In this document: in pieces, positions 24,682-36,560 of the stretch
Layout: every line of letters starts with the position of its first letter
How positions within the stretch are numbered: the stretch's first letter is position 1
Source of the DNA: Podarcis muralis
Lineage: Eukaryota
Direction of reading: 5' to 3'
DNA: 64,000 nt
NCBI RefSeq assembly: GCF_964188315.1
Contig: NC_135656.1
Span: 93,930,001 to 93,994,000 of the forward strand
The notes under the pieces: model-generated
What the model was told of the DNA's origin: nothing
Seen by the model: only the letters and a program-made list of their open reading frames with translations
Database searches by the model: none
Translations under genes and position numbers: made by a program

Positions 24682-24793
24682 CAGCCTTTCTCAGCCTTGG
24701 GTCCCCAGCTGTTCTTGAACTTCAACTCTCATCATCCCTGACCCCTGGCCATTCCACTACAATAGGAGTTGTAGTGCATGTTGAGAAAGGCTG
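24682..24793. mobile_element. Short hAT(Charlie)-type MITE, 112 bp
   Basis: Perfect 12-bp TIR CAGCCTTTCTCA/TGAGAAAGGCTG; flanks ATCCAGAC/ACCTGGAC resemble the NTCTAGAN target. Confidence 0.6.
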
Positions 24794-25107
24794 ACCTGGA
24801 CTGCTCCTCTCTTTATAACTTTTTCAATAGTTGGAGAATTTTAAAGGTTTTGGGTTGCTGTTTTGCTGTGTTTTCACTTCACATAGGCACAGCATCTCCA
24901 AGGCTTGTAAATGTAGGGTTGATGGAGCTGCCACATAATTTTCTTACTCTGTAGTCAGAGGAGGTTGGAATAGAATGTATGATTTCACTTTCTCTTAAGA
25001 ACATTAGGGAGCTGTGTGTGTATGTGTTGCAATTAAAGCATTTAAAGAATACACATATTTCTCTTTGCAAAGCTACACTCTTTTTTCCCCATCTCTCTTA
25101 CTTTTAG

Positions 25108-25235
25108 AATTTCACTATTAAAAGATGGAGGCCTCCGAATAGCTAATGTGAGTAAATCAGATGCTGGAAGTTATACTTGCCTGGCAGAGAACCAGTTTGG
25201 AAAAGCTAGTAGTTCAACTAGCTTATTAGTTACAG
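25108..25235 (+). CDS. CNTN3: Contactin-3 exon, Ig5 second half ([42 protein letters not shown])
   Basis: cttttag|A ATT...ACA G|gtaatt; 128 bp, phase 2 to 1; DAGxYTC motif; follows an 11.9-kb intron. Confidence 0.93.
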
Positions 25236-26075
25236 GTAATTAGATAGCTAATTGTCTATCAGTAGCAAATTGTATGAACTGAGAAATTTGTGAAACAGAC
25301 ATTCCAGTTTTGAATTTTCAGTTTACTTTCAATTAGTACTGCATGTACAATTCATGTGAAATATGTAATCAGTGCTCTTGCTAAGCTCATAGGAAAATGG
25401 TTTTATATATTAGACTGTTTATATTGAATGCCCTATCTTTCAGAGTTTTTTATATGGTGACATTTCAGCTTTTTCTATGAAACTTTCTGATAGTCTCCAT
25501 GGACAGCCATATGAAATCTCTGCTTCCTTAATCTTAGTCTATACTTGACCATGCATTTGTGGAGAGGGAACAGGTTTACCGTTTTGAAATGGAACTCATT
25601 TTTGCTTTAAAAATATATATGACAATTCCATTACAAAAAAAAGCAGGAAAATTGGGTTTGTGTCAAGGACAGTACTGGAGATTTTAAATGCTTTTTTTCA
25701 TAATACATAAAAAAGTGCATTCCATATCCTCTGGTTGTCATTCTGCTCAGTCCTCAATCCTTAGGTTTTTATTTCTGCGGTATGTTTATGCCTATATTTT
25801 TTCACAGTGCATTCTTGTTTCAAAGGCAGATTTTGCACAGTTTCCGGTTTCATCGTATTTCCTCTCTACTTCTGAGATGTTTTCTAACATTCCTGAAAGA
25901 TGCTTGATTGGAGTTTGGAAAATCTTTGAGGCAGGGAAACTGTACTTAAGTCTTTGACTCAGTTTTGTGTGTGTGTGTTGTATACAAAATTATACTTAAA
26001 GAAACAACAACAACTATGCAGGAAAGTAGAACAGTAATTCAGAGAGCTGAAACTGACTCTTCCTGTTCTCCACAG

Positions 26076-26251
26076 AACCAACGCGGATAACCCTGGCACC
26101 TTCAAACATGGATGTTTCAGTAGGGGAAAGTGTTATCTTGCCCTGTCAAGTTCAGCACGATCCACTGCTGGACATTAGTTTTACATGGTATTTTAACAGC
26201 GCATTGACTGACTTCAGAAAAGATGCATCTCATTTTGAGAGAGTAGGTGGG
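26076..26251 (+). CDS. CNTN3: Contactin-3 exon, Ig6 first half ((E)[58 protein letters not shown])
   Basis: ccacag|AA...GGG|gtaagt; 176 bp, phase 1 to 0; near-identical to recalled CNTN3 peptide. Confidence 0.96.
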
Positions 26252-27079
26252 GTAAGTTGTAAAGTATTTATTTATCTTCTGGTTGTTATCGTTAACTATA
26301 ATGGTCATCTGGAAAGGGCAAAAAATGATTTTACTAAACTTAGTACATTTGTAGCTTTTTAATGACAAAAACAATACATAACCATTAAACTGCTAATGAT
26401 AGTGTGGGGTTTGCTGCATATTATTAATGGATTTGACGGTAGAGGAATTTCTGCAAAATAAATCTCACCTTTTTATTAGTTGTAGAAATGTACTTACAAG
26501 TGGATTGAATTTACATATTCTCTTTTGCAATAGCCCATCCATTTTGCCAGGATATTATTTTGCTCCACTCATTTATATACCTTTTTTTGGGTTTGAACAT
26601 AACACCTCCCGTCCCTGGAAGATATAGCTGCTCCTGTTACGTCTAGGATGACTCCTACCATAAAAACCTTCTTGTAGTTTATGATCTGCTTTGGCATCTC
26701 TGCCACAAAGGTCCGGTTTTCATGTCACAGTAAACCAGAGTATGGCTTGTCATGATTTCCTGAATGTTCTGCCTCCTTAATAGTTGCTCACACCCACTAT
26801 GTTCCTCTCCAAGTTTTTAGATTAGCCCAGGACCACAGCTAAGGGATCATAGTTAAGCTATCTTCTTAATCACAACCTATAACCTTGGGACAATCCTTGA
26901 CTACAAATCACGTTTGAGGAAGAGGGACCTTAAACCACAATCCTGGGTTAAGATGGCACAGTAAGTGGCCTAAAAATGCCTGAGAAGGTGCAATCTCCTC
27001 CTTGGGAACCAGCATATTTGTGCCAAGCCATGGCTTAGCATGACAAGCAAATGCAGCCAAAGTGAGGCTAATTGCAGAG

Positions 27080-27289
27080 AACATTGGGCAGGGGCTTTGC
27101 CAGTGATATACCAGCTGTGGAACTCCCTCCCTAGGAAGGTTAGAGTGGCTTCTTCTTTAGTTTTAGGCAAGCTATTAAAACTTACTTGTTCTTTGTAGCT
27201 TTTAATTCTGCCCTTTCTCGTTTCCTGCTTGGCAGGGGGTTGGACTCGATGGCCCTTGTGGTCTATTCCAACTCTATGATTCTATGATT
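27080..27289 (+). mobile_element. L2 3' fragment followed by a short CR1 3' terminus (about 27213-27289)
   Basis: CTGTGGAACTCCCTCCC (WNSLP) motif; GGGGGTTGGACTCGATGGCC...TCCAACTCTATGATTCTATGA. Confidence 0.65.
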
Positions 27290-29206
27290 TACATGTGCAT
27301 TTTTCTTGTTCCTAATCTGTTCCTCCTAATATTGCTTTAAATTACAGTTTTTTTAATTGTGTGTTGCTTGGCTGGTGTGCTTTTGGATCAAAATGCAAAT
27401 TCATAAATAATTTTATGAATAAATAAGAGAGTCCAAGTACCCATGGAATTGTGCGCTATATTCCCCTATAAAGTTTAAGGCTAAATTGGACCTGACATGA
27501 ATCACATGATTGTGTCCCCCCCCCCCTTTCCTAAACATTATGCTTTTTTCTGCTTTTCTTTTGCTACATTCAGCTGGGGGCCAATCCAAATTGGGGCAGT
27601 GGGAAAAGGAGCAGAGAGATTTAAACTTTCTGGCCACACTTTTACAACTTATTTGCAGAAACAAAAACCAAAAAAAAAAAAATGGACTCATTGGCAGGAT
27701 TTAAATAAACATTTACAATTTTATTTACAGAGAACAAGAAATATAACAGGTTATAACATAGTATTATGTACAAACAGCAGAATACAACATTTGATGTAAT
27801 AAACCAGAAGTTGGGGGAAGTCACAGGGAGGGGGGAAATTGGAAAATGAATGTTAAGTAATGATATTGGATATTTGTTATCAGAAAATAAAATAAATAAA
27901 AATTGTTTTTAAAAAATAAAAATAAACTTTCTGGCAACACTGTGGCACCAACGGTAGCTTCACTCCCAGGTAAAACAGCAGTCAAGAATGAACTCTCCTC
28001 TTGTTATAATGAAACTATTGTTTTCCCTTTTTTTCCAAATGAAAAAGACTAAAATTATAATGAAGTTATATCTAATTATAAGACTGGATTGTGATAAAAT
28101 GCAATGTTGGTACTATACAGCTTTATTCCACTAATTGCTAATGGCAGGAATCCAAAGCACGGCATGTAGTGTTCCACATACGTGCGTGGGCCAACTTTTT
28201 TCACTTCCAGTCTGCCAGCAGTCAATTCCCTCCCACCTCTTTTAAAACAAACAAACAAAGCAGAGGTTTTGGAAACCTCTCCAGCACAGCACCTCTTGAG
28301 GCCTTGAAGAACTGGGAGGCGGGGAGGGGCAGGGAAATCACATTACCATCATACATAACTTAGACCATTTCAAACAAAACCTGGCCTCTTTTCAGGTGGC
28401 CGGGTGTCCTACCCCAGTGTTAAGCATCATTCGTTAGAATTGTTTTATTCAGCTTTTATTTTAAAGGGTGACGTCTTAACGATTAGCTGACAGGGGCTGA
28501 GACAGAGAGTGTTCTTTCAGAATGAGACACAGCCTATTGTCTCCTGCCTAGTTAAACTTCTCACCCTGGTTTCTAGCACCTGAGATGCAGTACCCATCTT
28601 CTGCAACTAGTAAGTATTGCAGGTCTTTTCAAGCCAAAAGAAGAAGTCTTGGGATCAGCTTGTGTGACCGCATCCTATTACGCTAGGCTTTCAGTTCTAG
28701 CCAGCGCTGCCTCCTTGACTTTTAGAACTGCATTGCTTGAGAGCAGGGTAGCTTTTCAGAGCACGTATGCCATGAAGCTGTTGAGGGAAAGAGGGCTGGA
28801 ATTTCAAAGAGAGAGAAGCTACTGAGAGGCTTGGACGCTTAGACATAAAGACAGATCAAGTGATCGCTGCTTGACATGTGGCAGAAACTTAGCAAGTTGA
28901 ACGTGTTATCCCAGCTTCTAAGCCCCACTGTATTTCAACTTCCACACCACCTCTGAAATAAAGATATAGGAAAGTGAATGGGTTGCACTTATGGGCCCAC
29001 AGGGTCTAACAAACCCTGCACAAGGACTTTCGCTTGCACAACAGGGCTTTGCACACACACACGCACCCTCTGAAATTGACTCTTGGGGAGTCAAGCGAAC
29101 CCCAAGAACGGGGGGAAAGGGAAGGGGGGTCATTTCACCTAGCAAGCTGCAATGCTTGTGCAAACAGAATGATTGGTAGAGGGTGACTTTGAATTCCACT
29201 CCACAG

Positions 29207-30204
29207 TAGACCTGGGCGATATATCAGTATATCACCCAGGACAGCTTTGATGGGCAGACCACTCAGCAGTATATCGCTGGTGAAACTGCTGCTGCTTCTG
29301 AGTCCTCTTTCCTTCAGCACACTGGGCACTTGAGGAACAAAATCTGCTGGTGCTGGAGACAGAAGGACTCAAGCGGTGGCGGTTTCACCAGCGAAATACC
29401 GCTGAGTGAAACCGCCACCATGGTCTGCCCCTCATACTGGCAGAGGGAGATACTGGTTCCTCCACTTCTTTAAACTGCTTGGCTGAGGAGCACGCCACTG
29501 CCCTTGTCTCAGCCAAGCAGTTTTATGGAGCCTCCAACCCACCATCAGTTTGCACAAGCCAACTGCGCAGGGGGACTCTGCTACAAGTGCTTCCGCTTCC
29601 CAGCTGAGGGAGCCCGAATCCAGCTCCTGCTTCGCGGGAGCAGAAGCTGGATCAGGTCTGCTCAGCTTGGGGGGGGGGGGAGTTGCAGGCTCTGTCACAC
29701 TTTTCCATTGAGGGGTTTCCGGCTGCCTTCCCCTCAATGGAGAAGTTTAAAGGAGCACCGCCTGGCAAGGTTGAGGCAGAGGCAGCCCGGCAGCTGCATC
29801 AGAGGCAGTGCAGGTGCTCTCAGATGCAGCTGCTGGGCTGCTTCCACCTTCCCCGACCCCAGCCTCTGTTCCGTCTGGCTGCCTTCAGGTGGCGCAGGGG
29901 CTCTGAGCAGCCCCGATCCTGCTCCAACTTGCATACAAGCAGGAGCAGGGTCAGGGATCTCTCAACTGGGAAGCAGAGGCTTCGCACTCCCCAGCTCAGC
30001 AGCCCCGCTCCCGCTCCTACTTGCATGCATTGTCCCCAGCCCGCCAGATGCTGGGCCGAAAGCGCCTCAGGTCCCACCATGAGAGCTGAGGCAGTTTCTC
30101 CCAGCGCCTCGTCAGCTTGTTGCAACATTGCGGTTTATCACCAAACCGTGATGTTTTGCTGGTGATGCATCACGATGTTGAAAACCTAACATCGCACAGC
30201 CCTA
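29207..30204. mobile_element. Non-autonomous hAT-type DNA transposon, 998 bp, GC-rich interior
   Basis: TIRs TAGACCTGGGCGAT / ATCGCACAGCCCTA (11/14 match); 8-bp TSD CTCCACAG/CTCCAGAG. Confidence 0.75.
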
Positions 30205-30311
30205 CTCCAGAGCTTTATTCCTTTAGATGTTTGCTCTGGAACATTTGTAACCAGTTAAATCCAGTCCAATTTATGCACAGGTGTACTTCCTTCCCAAAGT
30301 GAGGTGAGCTC

Positions 30312-30947
30312 TGTGGCGATCACACAGGGTCCCCGGACGTTTCACCGTCTATTGATCCTTGTGCCACCACTTTATTTCTCGCTGCCACCACCAAGGCCCT
30401 ACCTGGTACAATACTGAGTCCAGTCAGGGTTAAATTGGAACATAAACTTTTGTTTATTTATTACAGTTTAACAAGTGTGTGGTTTCATAAACAGTATCAG
30501 TCAATTACATTCATGGGGTGCCTATCCAGACCTATAACTTCCATTACCTGCTTTCACTCACTAAACCACCACTCAGATATTTACTTGTCTTCCTAGCCCC
30601 TAACTGTTCCTGACCCAGCTTATTTCACTACACGAACTCAACCTATCCCAATTCACTCCCATTCCAACCAACCTCCCAATGAACTCCTCCCTTTGCCCCT
30701 CCCAGAGCTGGTTTTATAGTCTCTCTGACTCCACCCCCTGGGTCCTGATTGGGCAACCTGTTTAATTATTTCACTTCCAGCACTCTCATAATAATAATAA
30801 TAATAATAATAATAATTTCTACCCCGCCCATCTGGCTGAGTTTCCCCAGCCACTCTGGGCGGCTCCCAATCAAGTGTTAAAAACAGTACAGCGTTAAATA
30901 TTTAAAACTTCCCTGAACAGGACTGCCTCTCATATGTTAACGTCACA
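30312..30947 (-). mobile_element. Solo LTR (492 bp net) interrupted by an L2 fragment
   Basis: TGTGGCG...CGTCACA termini; exact 5-bp TSD AGCTC (30307-30311, 30948-30952); CCAAT, TATAAAA and AATAAA in order on the minus strand. Confidence 0.8.
30791..30926 (-). mobile_element. Young L2 3' end inserted in the solo LTR
   Basis: (AAT)n tail followed by CCCCGCCCATCTGGCTG...GGGCGGCTCCCAA; 8-bp TSD CTCTCATA (30783-30790, 30927-30934). Confidence 0.8.
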
Positions 30948-33699
30948 AGCTCATCTCTTTAAAAGCAGGGGATTAAAATTAGAAGTTTTGCCCAGATTTC
31001 TCCAGTACTGTGGGAGTGAACTACAGATGGTCTTTGATAGCGTATGCTAATTGAGGTGACACTTCTTCAGAAAAGCACACACGAGACAGGCTAGAGAGCA
31101 CACACGCATGCAGGCAGGTATGTATAGTCCTTAAATATTACATTTTGCCTGGTGTGTAGTAAGCTAGTCTCCACCACCACCACCACCCCAGATGTCCAAG
31201 CAAGTAAGGATTAAACAAAAATTGCCTTACCATTCTCTTGACGGATGATGCACACAGCTTCTGAACTGTCAACATGCTGCCTGTATGCCACTGAAGATAT
31301 TACTGTGTCAGAAAGCCTAATATCAGCTGAAACTGGGTAGACATCAGTATTAGAAATGGTTACAGTGTGGTTACTGGTTTTAATACCACCCAGACTGCTG
31401 GTGATTTCTGTTTCAAGAGTCAGCGTAGTGCCGGTCAGGGAAGGTGAACTTCCTGTCATTGTGAATTGACCACAGCAACACATATCTAATTTCACGGGCT
31501 GAAGATGTGAATGAAATCTCTCCAACTGCCAGAATTCCAAGAAACATTGACAGCTTGAGAGCATGTTGCTGCACCATTTTTGTAGTGCTTTCATGATACC
31601 CAATACTGAGTTACACAAAATGCTAAGGCTTTGGTAGCGCGTCCTTGGTGATACGGTGAATGATTAATATTGGAACTCAACTTTCACTCTCTCTCTTGCC
31701 AACATGATATTGTTCACTGTGATTAGATACAGCATTGTTTTGTCTATTCAAACTTGTCATCGGAGAGGTGCACAAGCTTATATATATATATATGGTTTGA
31801 CAATCCCACAGGCAAATTTACACTTAGTGCAAGATTTATTTCAGCAAATAAATTACCGCACTGGAAAGGGTGAATGTGGGTGTCTTAGCCTTGAGGGTTG
31901 CTTTACACTGTCAGTTCTCACTGTTGTGTGAATTTATATGTTGTGCTCTCTGGAAGAATTTTGTGCCGCAGTTTTTCACACCAAACATCACACTCTTTCC
32001 CATTAATTGTATACAACACTTTTTAAAGATATTCCAGCTTGTATTAAACATAGAAATAGTTAATCATTACCAGGTACTTAAGTTTTCAATTAAGCTAGTC
32101 ACTTCAAAAAACTGGCAAGGAGAATATTACATTTGTTTTAAGACACTTTCTTTTAGATAAGACGTGACTTTGTATTTTTGGAAAGCAAAGGCCACTGAAA
32201 ATAATTTAATCAAAAGATTAAAGTGCTGCTGATTGAGATCATAAGGGAAACAGAAGGAAAATAAAGCATCTAAACCATATCTAGGGAACTTTTTTGAGCC
32301 TGAGGATTGTGTTTCCTGATTGCCAGTGTTCCAAGGTCCTTATGTAAGTGGTGAGTGGGGCCAAAAAGTTGACAAGGTGCGCGCATGAACATGCATGCAT
32401 GCACACCACCCATGAATGCAGCACACATAGTGTGCACACACCACACCAAAATGCAAAATCTTTCCTGCAATACAAAGAAGAACAATAATTAACATTCCCT
32501 CTTTCCATCGGTTTATAAAAACTCTCTTACCCAACCATCCCACCACAAACGAGAAATCTCCATCCAAAAAAGACCCAATAAACTCTTTGCAACAAAGTCA
32601 GCATTTCTTTTTCTTATGAACATGGCTTCGTGCTTAAGAAGCTCTCAGTGGGCCGTCCTGTTATCTTCTCTGTCTCTCTCTTAACGGAATTGATTTTTGG
32701 CTCTTATGCACTGCTGTTTTTGTAGTCTTAGAAAAGAAAATGCTTGCCTAACTCCTGTCCTCTGTTTAGTTGTTATTCTTCGTTTCTTTCATTATTTATT
32801 GTTGGTGTTATAGATTGTGAACAATCAAAATAAATTACTGGTGGTTTCCTGTAGAAGCATACATGCACAGTGTGAGATGATTTTATTTGACAGAAACACA
32901 CAAGTGTCTATCTGACACTGATGCATTGTTAAGGGTCATACAAAGTGTGATGTCTTGAAGTGTGAAGTCACAGTAGACATCTGTGCTTCAGGAAGATAAA
33001 GTTTTGCAAGTTTGAAAAATGAGACACACAGAGAGAGAACCACTTGTCAGCCTTCTGTCATTGGAACTGGAATTTGTAATGCTTCTAAGAGCTGCTCTCT
33101 TTTTAAGGAGACCCTCATTACAAACATCTCTGGATAGAACAATGAGTACTCGAGTCATTTGCCTTCTTTTTTTATAAGGTCAATTTTATATTTGCTGCAC
33201 ACCTGTCTACCCAATTTGGGGCTGGATGCTAGTTTCAGCTAGTAATTAGTGGCATAGATAATATCAGAGTCAGATGGCAGGCAGAAGGTTAAATTGCTCA
33301 GGCTAAAGAGAAGAAGCAAAGACCTGGGATAATAAGAGACCCATTATCCCCATGGATAACTTGGCTGGTTATGTAGTTAACAAGGCTCAGCCTGCGCATG
33401 GCAGGTGTCAGGTGTTTTGTGCCCATAGTACATGGTGGCACCCGGCAGCAGAGGCCTGGCCTTCCGTACCTACTCCTCTGTCTTTTGCCTTACTTGCACA
33501 GGCAGAAAAAGGCCAGAGTTTGGCTACCGGGACTCCCAATTCAAAGTCCCATGGTATCCTTAGGCAGATTTTCTTCCACTAAAATGAAAGTTTCTCCCTT
33601 TACATCTAGGACCCTTTGACCCTTACTTAGAATCCAATCTGGGGTTGGAGCTGTTTTGTTATATACTTGCTTTTAGCATCTTACATTTGTACTTGACAT

Positions 33700-34065
33700 T
33701 TTTATTTATTATTTGTACTATTAACTTTCTATACTGCCCTTCATTTGAGGATCACAGGGCAGTTCACCACAAAATACAAATATAAAATGAGAACACAATA
33801 AAACAAAAACAAACCAATAACACATTTAAAAGGTCATAGAATGCTAAACAGCCAAAGGCCTGGTTGAAGAGGAATGTTTTCACCTAGCGCCTAAAGGTGT
33901 GGAATGAAGGGGCCAGGCGAGCATCCCTGGGGAGAACATTCCACAAGCGGGGAGCCATAGCAAAAAAGCCCTCATTGTTGTGTTGCTGCCCTCTGGACCT
34001 TTCGTGGAGGAGGCACATGAAGAAGAGCTTCAGATGATGATTGCAGGGTCCAGATCAGTTCATAA
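33700..34065 (-). mobile_element. L2 3' fragment
   Basis: Reverse complement of RAF...LWNVLP...FRR motif; AT-rich tail at left. Confidence 0.6.
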
Positions 34066-34322
34066 AGGAAGTCAGGTCACAGCCACAATCCCAGTTCTTT
34101 TATTCATCTAAATTTAAAGGGCATATTTTTATTATTCCCCTCCAGCTTTCTCAAAATTCCCCAGGGAAGCAAATCTAGATACTGAAAATAATTTCATCTT
34201 CCTCTGTCATATTCTGTTCTATCTCTGTTGTTCATGCACACGCTAGTGCACACTAGATAGATTGCATTCCATGCAAGCTAGTATTTATAGAAGTGTTACT
34301 TCAAAGCTGATTTCTTCCTGTT

Positions 34323-34512
34323 GGGGACAGGCTGCAGCTCAGTGCATACAGCACATGCTGTCATGCAAAAGGTTGCAGGTTCAGCTCCTGACATTTTCAG
34401 TTAGGGCTGAGATGGGCTCCTGCATGAAATTCTGGTGAGCTGCTGCCAGTCTCGTGTCAACAGTAGTGAGCAGGATGGACTAATGATCTAACTCAGCACC
34501 AGGCCGCTTCCT
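34323..34512 (+). mobile_element. tRNA-derived SINE (Squam-type)
   Basis: GCTGCAGCTCAGTG A box, GGTTCAGCTCC B box, then GAGCTGCTGCCAGTC...GATGGAC...GCTTCCT body. Confidence 0.65.
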
Positions 34513-34611
34513 CTCTCTTTCTCTTTACCAGAAAAAAACCAAATGCTGTTGAACCAAGAACAAGCAAGCTAACTGAATATAAATTTTAAATATATATATT
34601 TATCTGAACAG

Positions 34612-34729
34612 AGTGCATCGGGAGACTTGATGATTAGGAATATCCAACTGAAACACAGTGGAAAATACGTGTGCATGGTGAAGACGGAAGTGGATAGTGT
34701 GTCATCGGCAGCAGATCTCATAGTTCGAG
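34612..34729 (+). CDS. CNTN3: Contactin-3 exon, Ig6 second half ([39 protein letters not shown])
   Basis: gaacag|AGT...CGA G|gtatga; 118 bp, phase 0 to 1. Confidence 0.95.
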
Positions 34730-36126
34730 GTATGAGCAATGCTACTTACTTACCTAGGCGTAAGTAAACACCTCTTAGGGTGTTTCCAGATTGAGTTTGA
34801 GAGCTCTGTTGTTGTATCTAAAGTGTCAGACACTGCCTTGCAAACCTCAAGAAAGTGTTCCTTTTTGCCATGTTGATTTCCTGCTGGTTCAACATGTACA
34901 TTGAGATCTATCAGGACCAGCAGTAGTGACAGAAAGAGAGAGACTGTATGTTGGAACTCTGGTTGATGTCCCTGTCAGAGAGTGCTAAATTAGTGGTGGT
35001 AGGAGATAGTTTCTGAATGTTTCTTTCTAGCTTCCCATAGGTTTCTGAGATGTTCCTCCTACTTCCTGAGATCTGAGGAAATGAACAGTACACAATACAC
35101 ATATTCAGTTTATATGTTGCAGTGGGGGGTGCAGACACAGCAACTTATTGCTATTGAAAGCCCAATTGCTACTTAGTCTCTAGCAATGAATCAGGGAAGT
35201 TCCTAAAATTATATATTTTGACAACTATCTAGGATTCTCTCTTTTTTATATATAGATTACAAGCTGCAGAAGTATTTTAAACATAGGATAGGATTTAACT
35301 AAGCTGTTTTGTGTATGGAATGAGGCCTACTCCTGCAATAAATCTTCTGGAGGCTGGCGGGGGGGACCCAGCACAGGTTTAGGGGGCACAAGGGAGAGGG
35401 AGAAGGTATTACTGTGCAAGTATACATCAATTCACGCTATACAAATTAATACTAATTTGGATGAAATTTGTCTTTATGTGTTAAAGTGAATGTGACAATC
35501 TTCATCTGTGGCTACACTATTTTACTTCAAAATAATATTGTATTAGCTCTTACTTGATGTTCTCTGTGTGTGTTTTTATTTTAATATGTATTTAAGAAGA
35601 AGAAGAAGACAGTAGTATATTTTGTAAACTGAAGAAAATCCTTATTTCCAGAAATGCTTAAGAAAGCTTTCAGGGTTAAATTGCTGTCCAGGGTGCTGAT
35701 GCGGTTTTGTGCAGGGGAGAAATGACTACCAAGCGAACGTCATGGCAAAAACTGCTTTAGATAACAAATTGTCAAACCAAAAAGATGTATTAGCAGATTA
35801 AGGCAGGACATCAAGGACTAAAGTAAAAGACGCTGATTTGAAAAGGTAGTGAAAAGTTGCTGAATAAAGGTCCCCGGAAGAATACATCATCTGCTCTCTG
35901 CTTGTGAAACTGCTGTTTCAGAACTTGCTTTTACAACTATAAAATAACCAAGCAGGAGTTTAGTAAATGTAAAAAATGGCAGTTTTATTGCAATCTAAAT
36001 TGTTTTCTTCCCCCCACAGTGCTGGCAAAATAGAAATCAGCTGGCACTGTGTTTAAAGATTTGTAGAATAAGTGCTGCCTTCATAACACCTTTCCAATTT
36101 AAAAATCTAATATCTTATTGCATTAG

Positions 36127-36285
36127 GCTCACCTGGACCACCGGAACGTGTAAAAGTGGATGAAATAACAGCTACCACAGCCCGGCTTACTTGGCATGAG
36201 GGCTTGGACAATCACAGCCCAATCGCTAGTTATACAATACAGGCCAGGACACCCTTTTCAGTGGGATGGCAAAGAGTCACAACAG
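36127..36285 (+). CDS. CNTN3: Contactin-3 exon, FnIII-1 first part ((G)[52 protein letters not shown])
   Basis: cattag|GC...ACA G|gtagag; 159 bp, phase 1 to 1. Confidence 0.95.
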
Positions 36286-36391
36286 GTAGAGGGAAATATT
36301 TTTGAAGTGTTTATGAAGACTACATTTTAATATTTTATTGTTATGGAGGAAACCAGGAATTTGCAATTTCTTTCAAAATACTCTGTTACAG

Positions 36392-36541
36392 TTCCTGATG
36401 TCATTGATGGGAAGACGTTCACAGCCACNNNNNNNNNNNNNNNNNNNNNNNNNNNNNNNNNNNNNNNNNNNNNNNNNNNNNNNNNNNNNNNNNNNNNNNN
36501 NNNNNNNNNNNNNNNNNNNNNNNNNNNNNNNNNNNNNNNNN
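36392..36541 (+). CDS. CNTN3: Contactin-3 exon, FnIII-1 second part ((V)PDVIDGKTFTA...), 3' part masked by Ns; end coordinate inferred
   Basis: gttacag|TT CCT GAT GTC ATT GAT GGG AAG ACG TTC ACA GCC AC, then Ns from 36429; end inferred from the 50-codon orthologous segment. Confidence 0.8.
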
Positions 36542-36560
36542 NNNNNNNNNNNNNNNNNNN
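36429..36560. other. Gap of 132 N
   Basis: Run of N visible in the sequence. Confidence 0.99.

Noticed and set aside
29432-30165. Overlapping 192-, 160- and 102-aa ORFs
   Set aside because: GC-rich transposon interior is stop-poor on both strands; low-complexity peptides
31231-31349. Faint BRICHOS/gastrokine-like spacing in the antisense ORF (HTVTISN...AVCII)
   Set aside because: Second Cys and the conserved Asp are missing; similarity too weak to call
34323-34400. tRNA-like sequence
   Set aside because: Degenerate SINE head with SINE body attached; not a functional tRNA
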